Shown: positions 48,491 to 58,194, numbered from the whole stretch's first letter. The stretch: DNA of 63,914 nucleotides, filler included, from Acidimicrobiia bacterium (GCA_041577335.1; 3 parts of 3 records of this genome joined end to end with filler, not necessarily neighbours in it); one strand, 5' to 3'. The notes: generated from the letters alone by a model not told the origin. Numbers and translations are program-made.

Positions 48491-49281
48491 GCGCGCTCAC
48501 ACAGGAGTGGGTTCACGTTGTGGAAAATGCCGTATTCGTTCTCCACTCCCGGAACGACCCAGGCGTGCAACATCCAGAGGTCCATGCCATTCACCCAGTC
48601 ACCTGGGCATCGTTCTCGGGGAATGCCCTCACCTTTGATGTAGCCGTTGACGAAGCAGACGCCGAGGTGGCGATGCCACGAGTCGGCGTCACCAACGAAC
48701 CCGTCCGGCGGACCATCGGATGTCACCCAATACGAGTAGGCGATGAGTCCCATCTCCTCGCCACTCACCAACTCATCGAATAGCAGCATCGATGGTTCAG
48801 ATGGCTCGAACGGCCGATCTACGATCGACCACTTCACGTAGTGGACACCGGCCCCGTCGCTGTTCGCCGACGCCAGCACGTAGCCGGCCGCTTCGACTTC
48901 GGCGATCGTGTCGTACCTGTGGACAGACCCCGTCGCCGCCGCCCATTGCTCGTCGAAGACTCGCTGCTCCTCGGGGGTCAGCTCGCGCGCGGGAGCAGAG
49001 TCAACATCGTGATCGTGATCGTGGTCATCACCCTCGGGAACCGGAGCGCTCCGTTCCTGTGCGAGTTTGGCAATGCCGACCGCTTCTTCAACGCTGAGCC
49101 GGGACCGATCCACACCGTCCTTGAGAAGGTCGGCATCGGCCGCGGCCTGGGCTGCCTCGGACGCAAAGAAGATAGCGAGTGAACCCGCCGCGATGGCCAA
49201 AGCGAGCAAGAGCAATGCCACGTATCGCGGCACTCCCGGGGTCTTCGCGACGGTTTGGGAATGGTCGTCCATCTGGTGCAT
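48472..49281 (-). CDS. Hypothetical exported His-rich protein upstream of copCD
   Basis: TM segment, DDHDHDHD, WHRH..C, WMLHAWVVPG; stop overlaps the copCD start; start uncertain. Confidence 0.7.
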   Translation of the reverse strand: MHQMDDHSQTVAKTPGVPRYVALLLLALAIAAGSLAIFFASEAAQAAADADLLKDGVDRSRLSVEEAVGIAKLAQERSAPVPEGDDHDHDHDVDSAPARELTPEEQRVFDEQWAAATGSVHRYDTIAEVEAAGYVLASANSDGAGVHYVKWSIVDRPFEPSEPSMLLFDELVSGEEMGLIAYSYWVTSDGPPDGFVGDADSWHRHLGVCFVNGYIKGEGIPRERCPGDWVNGMDLWMLHAWVVPGVENEYGIFHNVNPLLCERACGLEN

Positions 49282-49460
49282 TCCTGGCGCTGGCATCGCT
49301 GTCGGTGACAACCCTAGCCACGACCTCAGGCCTAGTTCCGGTGCGTGACGGTAGGGGTGCGACGGGCCGTCCGGCTGACAACGAAGCCGCAACGGTAGGA
49401 GGCCAATCGCACACTGGGTAGGCCCTGCGGTGCTCATCGGCGATCTGTCAGAATGCCATC

Positions 49461-49850
49461 ATGGCTTTGCGCTGGCAATCCATCGTTGTCGACAGCACCG
49501 ACCCCCAGCCGTTGGCGGCATGGTGGGCTGAGCTGCTGGGGTGGCGGATTACATGGGATCAGCCCGACGAGGTGATCTTGGAGCCGCCGAAGGGATCACC
49601 CGAGGCCGGCATTTCGCCGGACATTCTTTTTGGGCTTGTGCCCGAGAAGAAGCGGGTGAAGAACAGGCTCCACCTCGACCTTCGCCCTGACGATCACGCC
49701 TCCGAAGTGGCTCGGGCCGAGGCGTTGGGAGCGGTGCGCGTCGATGTCGGGCAGACCGGCGAGGAGTCGTGGGTGGTGCTCGCCGATCCCGAAGGCAATG
49801 AGTTCTGCATCCTGCGGGCGTTGACGCCCGAGGAGCTGGCGGAGGGCTGA
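49461..49850 (+). CDS. VOC/glyoxalase family protein
   Basis: KNRLHLDL, LADPEGNEFC. Confidence 0.9.
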   Translation: MALRWQSIVVDSTDPQPLAAWWAELLGWRITWDQPDEVILEPPKGSPEAGISPDILFGLVPEKKRVKNRLHLDLRPDDHASEVARAEALGAVRVDVGQTGEESWVVLADPEGNEFCILRALTPEELAEG

Positions 49851-50045
49851 AGCGGACCTGCCGTTCGCCCCGGATCGCGTTTGAGGCTTGCCAACGAAGG
49901 CGGTGTTGTGTGGTTCGGGCGACGGACGCGTTTCAATGCCGCTGCGACGCGTAAGGACGTTCTTGTATCGAGATTCCTCGTCGGTTCCTGCCAGGGGTTG
50001 GTTATTGCTCGATCGCGGACTGCGAGACGCTAAATCGCTGGACCG

Positions 50046-51296
50046 CTATTCCCGTTGGGGTTGTGACCCTGCTCCGGGTCTGGTGAAGCGAAGCCGTCCC
50101 GGCGGCGAGTCGGGCGTGATTTCAAATCCGTGTCGGTGAATGACGATGTGATGGTGATACCAGCAGAGGAGCACGAGGTTGTCGTCGTGGTTGGTGCCGC
50201 CCAGGTGTCTGGGCAGGCGATGGTGGACCTCGAGGCGGTGGCGGGACGTACATCCATCGGCACCGCATGCCTTGTCTCGGTGGGCAATCCGACGGCGTTG
50301 GCGGACGGTGACGGTGTTGCGGCCGCCGACCTCGATGGCTCCACCCGTGGCGATCAGCGCCGTGTATTCGACGTGGGCGTCGCACAGGAGTTCGTGGATC
50401 ACTGATTCGCCGACCATGTATCCGCCTGCGGTGTGGGCGGCTCCGCCGTCGACGAACACTGACAGACGTCCGGCAGAGATCGGCAGGTGGGTATCGGAGT
50501 GTTCGCGCAGTTTGGTGTCTGATGGTTGCTGCAGTGCGTCGCTCGTATGTAGCCCTGCGGCATATGCTCCGAGTTCGCGGGATGTGGCGAGGCGTTCGGC
50601 GGGTATTTGGCCGGTGCAGTGGGCAACCAACGCGTCGGCCATCCGCTGAGCTCGGGCAGACTGGGGACCATCGGGCAGCGCCGGAAAAGCGTCGGCCGTG
50701 GCGGCCAGGCTCTGTTCGACTCGTTCGCAGTCAGCCCCGGGCAGCTCTCCCCAGAGGCGCCCCCGCGTCCGGTCGATCGACTGTTGAAACACCAGATAGC
50801 GTCCCTCGAACGCCGCCGCCTCCTCAGACGGTGTGACTCGACGAGTGTGGGCCACCCGGCTGCGGAGACCACTCACGTCGAAACGGGGGCCGTTTTCGAT
50901 CACGTCGGCCTCGGTGGCTCCGGCAACCACCCACCGGTCCGATTCGACGGTCCGGTCAAACGACCAAGCACCGGTCATAAGCCGGTCGAGCACCAACGCA
51001 CGCTCCGACCGACTGTGAGCCAACTGCACCAACCTGGCGGCCGTCTCCGGGCTCACATCCAACCGAGCCGCCGTCCACTCTCCCAACGTCCGGCACCCGT
51101 CGCCGGTGGCCACCTGGCGACGATCCAACTCGGCCAGGCCTTCCGCCTGGATGGCTCGCGACCGGGCCACCACCGACTCCTGAGTGACGAGCAGCTGTTC
51201 GATCTCGTCGGTGGACCAGGCTCCCAAGCGAACTTCGCCATCAGGTGGTTCGGGTTCTCGGGTTGTTTGTGATCGGTGGGTGGTCGTTGTTTCCAT
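50046..51296 (-). CDS. DUF222 (13E12-like) HNH endonuclease
   Basis: QRMADAL, RDKACGADGC, EVHH...GGTNHDDNLVLLCWYHH. Confidence 0.85.
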   Translation of the reverse strand: METTTTHRSQTTREPEPPDGEVRLGAWSTDEIEQLLVTQESVVARSRAIQAEGLAELDRRQVATGDGCRTLGEWTAARLDVSPETAARLVQLAHSRSERALVLDRLMTGAWSFDRTVESDRWVVAGATEADVIENGPRFDVSGLRSRVAHTRRVTPSEEAAAFEGRYLVFQQSIDRTRGRLWGELPGADCERVEQSLAATADAFPALPDGPQSARAQRMADALVAHCTGQIPAERLATSRELGAYAAGLHTSDALQQPSDTKLREHSDTHLPISAGRLSVFVDGGAAHTAGGYMVGESVIHELLCDAHVEYTALIATGGAIEVGGRNTVTVRQRRRIAHRDKACGADGCTSRHRLEVHHRLPRHLGGTNHDDNLVLLCWYHHHIVIHRHGFEITPDSPPGRLRFTRPGAGSQPQRE

Positions 51297-51302
51297 GCTC
51301 GA

Positions 51303-51325
51303 AACGTATCAGGCACCTATGACAA
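51303..51325 (-). promoter_or_regulatory. RecA-NDp/PafBC-type promoter
   Basis: TTGTCATAG-GTGCCTGA-TACGTT on the minus strand, 6 nt before the ATG. Confidence 0.6.
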
Positions 51326-51551
51326 AAAGACGTCCATTAGGCGCGATACGGTTGATACGTTCGAAAAGGATCCGAAAAGCAAGTGGAGCCGGGGTCACGT
51401 GCCCCATGAGCCGAGCCGCTGCGCCATCCAAAGGCGCAAAGCGGCGGCCGGGGACTCCCTGCACGCAACAACAGCAGCACCACCGCGCAGAACATGCGAG
51501 GAAATTCGGTCCGTCGAGAGATAGCATCGGGGACTTCACCAGGAGGCCCCG

Positions 51552-52412
51552 ATGAGCGCATACGGCGCCCAGAGCATGATCCAGCCCCTGCGTCGTGTCG
51601 TCGTTCGTCCGCCGGACGACAGCTTCGGGGAGGCCGACCCGGCCGAGTGGCACTACGGGGGGTCACCGGACCTCGCTCGAGCACGTCGCGAGCATGCGGC
51701 CCTGGTTGACTTGCTGCAAGGCGACGAGGCAGTCGAGGTGATCGTGCACGACGCTCCCCTCGACGGCTGCGCCGACGCGATGTTCACACATGATCCCGTT
51801 TTGGTCACCGATGGGGGCACCATCATTCTCCGGATGGGCAAAGCCCTTCGTCGTGGCGAGGAAGATGCCTTGGCGGAGACGCTGGAGCAACACGGTGTGC
51901 CCGTGGCCGGCCGACTCGTGGAACCCGCGATTGCCGAGGGGGGCGACCTGCTCTGGCTGGCGGAGGACCTGCTTGCCGTCGGCCAGGGTTTCCGAACGAA
52001 CGCCGCTGCTCTCGATCAGCTCCGAGTGCTCCTACCCCAAGTCGAGCTCTTTCCCGTGCAGCTGCCCTACGGTCGCGGCCCCAACGCCTGCCTCCACCTG
52101 ATGTCGCTCGTCAGCGTCGTCGATTGGGATGTCGCCGTTGTTCACCGCCCACTGCTTCCGGTCCCTTTCGTCGAGCTTCTCCTCCAACGTGGGTTCGCCT
52201 TCGTAGATGTGCCGTCGTCGGAGATGGCGACGCACGGATCCAACGTGCTCGCCACCGCCCCCGGCCAGTGCATCATGCTCGAGGGCAACCCGGTCACTGC
52301 GTCTGCGCTGCAAGCCGCCGGATGTAGCGTGCGAACCTATCGGGGCGACGAGATCACCCTGAAAGGGGAGGGAGGCGCCACGTGCTTGACCAGGCCTGTT
52401 TTGCGCGGTTGA
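51552..52412 (+). CDS. Amidinotransferase (dimethylarginase/arginine deiminase family)
   Basis: DAMFTHDP, RRGE, EGGD, LHLMS, GGATCLT; RBS AGGAGG. Confidence 0.88.
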   Translation: MSAYGAQSMIQPLRRVVVRPPDDSFGEADPAEWHYGGSPDLARARREHAALVDLLQGDEAVEVIVHDAPLDGCADAMFTHDPVLVTDGGTIILRMGKALRRGEEDALAETLEQHGVPVAGRLVEPAIAEGGDLLWLAEDLLAVGQGFRTNAAALDQLRVLLPQVELFPVQLPYGRGPNACLHLMSLVSVVDWDVAVVHRPLLPVPFVELLLQRGFAFVDVPSSEMATHGSNVLATAPGQCIMLEGNPVTASALQAAGCSVRTYRGDEITLKGEGGATCLTRPVLRG

Positions 52413-52516
52413 TCGTCTGGCCGATGCCGGAGAGACCCGGAACTGACGTTGGCCACCGAGCACGGCCCAGCGATAACATCAGCGCAGGCTGGCAACGACC
52501 ACAGAGGCTGACGATC

Positions 52517-52826
52517 ATGCGACAAGAAGCTCCTCTGCTCGGCAGGATGCCATTCGACCTCGATGAAGTCACGCCACGTTGGCGCCTGGACTCGACATAG
52601 ACATTCTGACCGGTTCCACTATCGAGGAAGCCGTCCGATCGTTCGAAGAACACCAGATAGATACCGAGATCATGGGTGCCGCATCGACTTGGATGTTCGC
52701 CTCGACGTGATTCGGCACGTGTTCACTGCCAGTGACGCGACCACGGTGCACATGAAGGACCGAAGTTCCGGTCGCGACGGCATCATGCCATATGTGGACG
52801 CCGTTCTCACCGGGTTGGCCGGCTAG
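52517..52826 (+). pseudogene. Doubly frameshifted small alpha/beta protein
   Basis: LLGRMPFDLDEV / DILTGSTIEEAVRSFEEHQIDTEIMGA / IDLDVRLDVIRHVFTASDATTVHMKDRSSG are consecutive but separated by frameshifts. Confidence 0.5.
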
Positions 52827-52829
52827 CCC

Positions 52830-53054
52830 TCATTCCTGCGAGCCTCGGCGGATCCTTCGTCGCTCGCGCCCGTACCCGATTGTCCCGCCGATGAGGGCTC
52901 CCGCCAACACGACCCAGATGTTGAGGCGCCCGGTCAGAGCCACGAAGACGAGGGCAGCCGAGACGCCGCCCGCGAACCCGCCGACCCTGAATCCATTCAC
53001 TGGATCGTATGGCTGTCTTCCAGGGGGGAGGGAGTACCGGCGATACTTGGTCAT
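52830..53054 (-). CDS. 74-aa membrane protein
   Basis: MTKYRRYSLPPG...GGFAGG, two Gly-rich TM segments. Confidence 0.65.
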   Translation of the reverse strand: MTKYRRYSLPPGRQPYDPVNGFRVGGFAGGVSAALVFVALTGRLNIWVVLAGALIGGTIGYGRERRRIRRGSQE

Positions 53055-53187
53055 GGCACCATTGTCCGGGCCGGAGACGGCCTGGCGTAGGGGCACAGGT
53101 CCCAATCCCGAAAGGGACTCGCGGACAGGCGTGTGGCTAAGGCCACGCGCCTATGATTCGCCGCCGCCGGACCAACAAGGACTCGCC

Positions 53188-53589
53188 ATGGGTGCTGAAC
53201 TTCAAAAGAGGCTTCTCGCCGTCGATGCCTTTGCCACCGCACTCGGGATCTCGTGGGTGAGCGGGTCGGAGGCCGAGTGTGTCGTGTCGATGACCCTCGG
53301 CCCCGAGCACCTCAATTTCGCCGATGTCGCCCACGGAGGGGTGATTTTTGCGCTGGCCGACTGTGCTTTCTCGCTGGCCTCGAATGCGCCCGGACGCCTG
53401 GCGGTTGCGGTCGACACGCACCTCGTGATCCCGGCGGCGTCGCACGCCGGGGACACTCTCACCGCCCACGCAGCGGAGGTCTCGCTGGGCAACAAGCTGG
53501 CCACCTACCGTGTCGAGGTGACGGGCCCTGAGAGCCAAGTAGTCGGCATCTTCACGGGCACCGTATACCGCACCAGCCGCACCCACTGA
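53188..53589 (+). CDS. PaaI-family hotdog thioesterase
   Basis: HLN...AHGGVIFALADCAF..ASN. Confidence 0.88.
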   Translation: MGAELQKRLLAVDAFATALGISWVSGSEAECVVSMTLGPEHLNFADVAHGGVIFALADCAFSLASNAPGRLAVAVDTHLVIPAASHAGDTLTAHAAEVSLGNKLATYRVEVTGPESQVVGIFTGTVYRTSRTH

Positions 53590-53621
53590 GCTCGGCTGTC
53601 CGCCTCCCTACAATGGCGGCC

Positions 53622-55397
53622 ATGGATTATGTAGCCCCGCTCGACGATTTCAGATTCGTGCTCGGAGACCTGCTCGATCTCGATGGTCTCACCCGCTTCG
53701 ACCAGTTCGCCCACGGCGACCTCGACACGGCCATGGCCTTGCTGGAGGAGTCCGGTCGTTTCCACTCGGAGGTCATCGCCCCGCTCAACCGGGTCGGCGA
53801 CGTCGAAGGCAGCCAATGGCACCCCGACGGCACCGTCACCACGCCGACCGGCTTCTCTGACGCCTATCGCCGCTATTGCGAGGCGGGATGGAGCGGCATT
53901 CAATTCGATCCCGAATATGGGGGCGGCGGGCTCCCGTGGCTGATCGGGCTCGCCAATGCGGAAATCACCTCTTCGGTCAACATGGCGTTCGCCCTCTGCC
54001 CCATGCTCACCCACGGGGCTATCGAGGCAGTGGCCAGCCACGGCTCTCCCGAACAAAAAGCCACCTACCTCGAGAACATGATCACCGGTCGGTGGACCGG
54101 AACGATGAATCTCACCGAGCCGCAAGCCGGGTCGGATCTGGGAGCCATCACTACCAAGGCCGTTCCCGCCGACGACGGCAGTTATCGCATCTCGGGTACC
54201 AAGATCTTCATCACCTGGGGTGAACACGATATGGCGGAGAACATCATCCACCTCGTTCTGGCCCGGGTCCCGGGCGCTCCTCCGGGAACGAAGGGAATCA
54301 GCCTGTTCCTGGTCCCGAAATTCCTCATCAACACCGATGGCACCCTTGGCGATCGCAACGATGTTCGCTGTGTATCGATCGAGCACAAGCTCGGCATCAA
54401 GGCCAGCCCTACCGCAGTGCTGAGCTTTGGAGACAGCGACGGAGCTATCGGCTACCTGGTCGGCGAAGAAAACGCAGGCATGAGATACATGTTCACCATG
54501 ATGAACCTGGCTCGACTCACGGTGGGCCAGGAAGGCGCCGCCGTCGCCGAACAGGCCTATCAGCAAGCGCTCAGGTTCGCCCAGGAACGAACCCAAGGTA
54601 GGGCGCCCGGAGCTGCTCCGGGCACCGCTTCGTTGATCATCGAGCACCCGGACGTTCGCCGGATGCTCATGACCATGAAGGCATCCATCGAGGCGATGCG
54701 CGCCCTCCTGCTGCTCAACGCCTATTCCATCGACGTCGCCGCCGCTTCGCAAGATGCGGTCGAGCAGGCGGCTGCCGAAGAGCTCGTCCAGATTCTCATC
54801 CCATTGTCGAAGGCATGGGTCACCGAAATAGGGATGGAGGCCGTGTCGACTGCGATCCAGGTCCACGGGGGCATGGGGTTCGTTGAAGAAACCGGAGTAG
54901 CCCAGCATTTCCGCGATCTCCGCATCGCTCCGATCTACGAGGGAACCAACGGCATCCAGGCTGTGGATCTGGTCGGCCGCAAGCTGGGGATGCGGCAGGG
55001 CCGGGCAGTTGTGGAATTCGTCGATGGCATTGCCGAGACCGCCAAAAAGGCCTCCGCATCATCAGATGCCCAAGTCGCGGCCATGGGAGCTCGGCTGTCG
55101 GCTTCGGTCGACTCGGCAATCGCCGCTACCGAGTATCTCCAACAAGCCGATCACGCCGATCGGTTGGCCGGCGCGTCGCCGTACTTGATGCTGATGGGAT
55201 ATCTGGCCGGCGGCTGGCTCATGGCGCGTTCTGCGTTGGTGGCCGCGCCCCGCCGGGATGAGGATGCGTTCTACGAGGCAAAGGTCAACACGGCTGGGTT
55301 CTTCGTTCATCAGATCTTGCCGCGCACCGACGGCCTGCTGCCGGCGGTTGTTGCTGGGAGTAGGGCGCTCTTCGCCGTGGAGGAAGGTCAGCTGTAG
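53622..55397 (+). CDS. Acyl-CoA dehydrogenase (about 590-aa class)
   Basis: GTMNLTEPQAGSDL, KIFITWGEHD, EHKLGIKASPT, IYEGTNGIQA. Confidence 0.92.
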   Translation: MDYVAPLDDFRFVLGDLLDLDGLTRFDQFAHGDLDTAMALLEESGRFHSEVIAPLNRVGDVEGSQWHPDGTVTTPTGFSDAYRRYCEAGWSGIQFDPEYGGGGLPWLIGLANAEITSSVNMAFALCPMLTHGAIEAVASHGSPEQKATYLENMITGRWTGTMNLTEPQAGSDLGAITTKAVPADDGSYRISGTKIFITWGEHDMAENIIHLVLARVPGAPPGTKGISLFLVPKFLINTDGTLGDRNDVRCVSIEHKLGIKASPTAVLSFGDSDGAIGYLVGEENAGMRYMFTMMNLARLTVGQEGAAVAEQAYQQALRFAQERTQGRAPGAAPGTASLIIEHPDVRRMLMTMKASIEAMRALLLLNAYSIDVAAASQDAVEQAAAEELVQILIPLSKAWVTEIGMEAVSTAIQVHGGMGFVEETGVAQHFRDLRIAPIYEGTNGIQAVDLVGRKLGMRQGRAVVEFVDGIAETAKKASASSDAQVAAMGARLSASVDSAIAATEYLQQADHADRLAGASPYLMLMGYLAGGWLMARSALVAAPRRDEDAFYEAKVNTAGFFVHQILPRTDGLLPAVVAGSRALFAVEEGQL

Positions 55398-56983
55398 ACG
55401 GGCACCCGATCGATGAGATCGCGGTGGGACGATGGCAACGTCCCAAACACCGCCGGCGGCCTGGGGAGGCGACCGTCCAAGAAAGCTTCGGCCACGGACG
55501 GGCTTCCTGCCCGGGACAGCAGCACCGCCTGCCAGGTCACGGCCAGATGCTGGACGATCAAGCGAGCGCCGGCTTCGTCTGCCGGCGGATTGGCGAGTAG
55601 CTGCTGTGCCTCCTCGATCGCGCTGTCGAGGCGGGAATCCCGACCACGCCCTCCCTCCAACTCCATGGCGAGCGCTTCGGCCGCACCGGGGGAGCGGCGC
55701 ATCGCTCGCAGCACATCGAGGCAGATGATGTTGCCCGATCCTTCCCACACCGAGTTCAGGGGGCTCTCCCGGTAGAGGCGAGGTAGCGGCGACTCCTCGA
55801 CATAGCCGTTGCCCCCCAGGCATTCGAGGGCTTCACCCACCACGGCAGGGGTGCGTTTGCACACCCAATACTTGGCCACCGGAGTCCCGATGCGCCGCAA
55901 CGCCGCCGCATCGGGGTCGTCGAAGAGCTCAGCGAGGCGGAACATCAATTCCATCGCCGCCTCGGTCTCGAGGGCGAGATCGGCGAGCACATTGCCCATG
56001 AGGGCATGCTCTACGAGCGGCCGCCCGAAGGTGGAGCGGTGGCGGGCATTGTGCACGGCATGGATGACGCTCTGGCGCATGAGGGCAGCTGAGCCGGTGA
56101 CGCAGTCGAGACGTGTGTGATTCACCATTTCGAGGATGACCGCCAGGCCGGCGCCTTCTTCGCCGATCAGACGCGCTTCTGCCTGTTCAAAGCGCACCTC
56201 ACTCGACGCGTTCGATCGGTTGCCGAGCTTGGGTTTGAGCCGGTCGATCAGCAGTGCGTTTTGCGTGCCGTCTTCTCGCCAGCGCGGCAGGAGGAAACAG
56301 GAGAGGCCACCGGGAGCCTGAGCGAGCACCAGGAACGCATCGTTCATCGGGGCGCTACAGAACCACTTGTGCCCGGTGATGTCGTAGCGTCGGCCCGGAC
56401 CTGGCGTCTCCGTGGGCGTCGCAGTGGTCAGGTTCGATCGCACGTCGGAGCCGCCCTGCCGTTCTGTCATGGCCATGCCGAACAAAACTCCCTGCTTGGC
56501 GGCCGCAGGTTGGAAGGAGCGGTCGTAGACCTTCGACAGCAGCCCGGGCATCCACCGTTCCGCCAGCTCGGGCTGATGGCGCAGGGCGGGCACCACGGCG
56601 TAAGTCATCGATATCGGGCAACCGTGTCCCGCCTCCGTTTGCGTCGTCACAAAGAACTGGGCAGCCCGTTGCACGTGGCTGGTGCCCGGCGAGCCCCATG
56701 GCCCGGTGTGGACAGCGGCTCCGACGGAGATTTCCATGAGGCGGTGCCAGGCTGGGTGAAAGTCGACCCGATCGATCCTGCGCCCTGTCCGGTCGTGGGT
56801 CACCAGCTCTGGTGGATAGCGGTTGGCATCGGTCGCCCACCGCAAGGCTTGTTCGGCCCCCATCGTCTCTCCCAGCGAGAGAAGTGGGCCGGCGTCGCCT
56901 GCGTCATAGCTGGTGACTCGTTCGCCGAGCGCGGCGTCGTCGGCGAAGTTGACGTTCTCGAGGATGGAAGCCTGGTTGCTCAT
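55388..56983 (-). CDS. aidB: AidB-like acyl-CoA dehydrogenase
   Basis: GHGCPISMTYA, MTERQGGSDV, GHKWFCSAP, KLGNRSNASSE, NSVWEGSGN. Confidence 0.85.
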   Translation of the reverse strand: MSNQASILENVNFADDAALGERVTSYDAGDAGPLLSLGETMGAEQALRWATDANRYPPELVTHDRTGRRIDRVDFHPAWHRLMEISVGAAVHTGPWGSPGTSHVQRAAQFFVTTQTEAGHGCPISMTYAVVPALRHQPELAERWMPGLLSKVYDRSFQPAAAKQGVLFGMAMTERQGGSDVRSNLTTATPTETPGPGRRYDITGHKWFCSAPMNDAFLVLAQAPGGLSCFLLPRWREDGTQNALLIDRLKPKLGNRSNASSEVRFEQAEARLIGEEGAGLAVILEMVNHTRLDCVTGSAALMRQSVIHAVHNARHRSTFGRPLVEHALMGNVLADLALETEAAMELMFRLAELFDDPDAAALRRIGTPVAKYWVCKRTPAVVGEALECLGGNGYVEESPLPRLYRESPLNSVWEGSGNIICLDVLRAMRRSPGAAEALAMELEGGRGRDSRLDSAIEEAQQLLANPPADEAGARLIVQHLAVTWQAVLLSRAGSPSVAEAFLDGRLPRPPAVFGTLPSSHRDLIDRVPVYS

Positions 56984-57049
56984 CGAGCGAACATTAGGTC
57001 GGTGGCGTGTGCGAAGTTGAGGAGACAGGCGGGGTGGTAGCCTCCGGTC

Positions 57050-57343
57050 ATGAGCAACATCTTCGAGCTTCCGGACATGGTGACAGAACTCGTCGACGTG
57101 TCGAAGGCCTACGTCCAGCAAGAAGCTGTGGAGCCGGCCAAGCACGTCGGTCGCACGATCGGCATCGGGTTGGGTGCCGCCCTTTTGTTCGCCGTGGGAG
57201 CCGTGCTGCTCGGGATCGCCGCGATGCGTTTCATCGTCGACCTCTTTGCCGACACCACTATGTGGAGCGTGGCGGGGTACGCCGTTGCGGTCCTGTTCCT
57301 TGTCGGCGTTGCCGCGTTGTTGATTCGGAGGATGCAAGCCTGA
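57050..57343 (+). CDS. Two-TM membrane protein (actinobacterial holin-like/YqjE family)
   Basis: KAYVQQEAVEP followed by two TM helices. Confidence 0.7.
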   Translation: MSNIFELPDMVTELVDVSKAYVQQEAVEPAKHVGRTIGIGLGAALLFAVGAVLLGIAAMRFIVDLFADTTMWSVAGYAVAVLFLVGVAALLIRRMQA

Positions 57344-57537
57344 TGGTTACGAGAGCCGATGTGGAGGGCAAGGCCCGCCAGATAGAAGACACCGTCCGCA
57401 CAACCGAGGAAACCCTCAAAGCATCCATGACCTGGCTGACAGTGGCCGTAGTGCTGTTGGCCGTCGTGGCATTTCTGCTCGGCCGGCGCAAGGGCAAGGC
57501 CGGTGGCGCCGTCGTCGAGGTGTACAAGGTCAAGTAG
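57343..57537 (+). CDS. 64-aa tail-anchored membrane protein
   Basis: TGATG coupling; MVTRADVEGK...AFLLGRRKGK. Confidence 0.65.
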   Translation: MVTRADVEGKARQIEDTVRTTEETLKASMTWLTVAVVLLAVVAFLLGRRKGKAGGAVVEVYKVK

Positions 57538-57558
57538 CCCGAAAAGTCGGGGAAGCGC

Positions 57559-57738
57559 TCACTTGCGGGGCTTCATCTCCACGACGTATTTCTCGCCGAA
57601 CTCCAGCTCCTCACTGTGGAGGAGTTCCCGGTGGGAACGGCTTCTCCACGCCACGAATACCGCCGTGGCCCCGGTCGCCATCATCAGGCGGTCGCGGGTG
57701 CGAATGCCACGAAGCAGACGGAGCACAGCGAAAATCAT
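57559..57738 (-). CDS. 59-aa hypothetical protein (below the ORF-track cutoff)
   Basis: MIFAVLRLLRGIRTRD...LHSEELEFGEKYVVEMKPRK fills the gap downstream of the ferredoxin. Confidence 0.55.
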   Translation of the reverse strand: MIFAVLRLLRGIRTRDRLMMATGATAVFVAWRSRSHRELLHSEELEFGEKYVVEMKPRK

Positions 57739-57759
57739 ACGAGGAGCCTATACGCATGA

Positions 57760-57780
57760 GAACGCCCGAGGCGGGCGTTC
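57760..57780 (-). terminator. Stem-loop downstream of ferredoxin
   Basis: GAACGCCC-GAGGC-GGGCGTTC. Confidence 0.5.
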
Positions 57781-57798
57781 TTCACGGGTGTGAGCCGT

Positions 57799-58044
57799 CT
57801 AGGGCTCGATGAAGATGCACTCGCCAGGGCATTCCTCGGCGGACTCGATCGTGATGTCTTCTTGGCCGGCAGGGACCGTGGCAACCCCCTGGGCACCCTG
57901 TGGGTGGCCTTCGGCCTCGGCGTAGATGGTCTCTCCGTCACGAACATAGGCAAGTCCGTCGTCGAGCAGCACGAACACGTCGGGAGCGATCTCTTCGCAG
58001 AGACCGTCGCCGGTGCAGAGGTCTTGGTCGATCCAGACTTTCAT
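57799..58044 (-). CDS. Monocluster ferredoxin
   Basis: CTGDGLC...CPGECI; RBS AGGAG. Confidence 0.92.
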   Translation of the reverse strand: MKVWIDQDLCTGDGLCEEIAPDVFVLLDDGLAYVRDGETIYAEAEGHPQGAQGVATVPAGQEDITIESAEECPGECIFIEP

Positions 58045-58194
58045 GTGTCGTACTCCTGTGGTCCTGGCGAGTAGCGGTTATGGGGCCACAGCATACTCGC
58101 ATACGGGGTCCTTTCCGACGGGACCTACGGGAGCGAGGCGAGCGGTCTGCAAAGCCCTGGCAAAAGCCCGGCGGGCGGATTTGTGAGGTCCCGG

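Noticed and set aside
51340..51366. LexA SOS box upstream of the HNH gene
   Set aside because: Only one TCGAAC half-site; no matching second half at 4-nt spacing
53188..53589. PaaI thioesterase as the missing carnitinyl-CoA thioesterase
   Set aside because: Different contig and different subfamily; no linking evidence
57050..57343. Holin-like gene as a prophage sign
   Set aside because: No phage genes nearby; this family is a common chromosomal membrane protein
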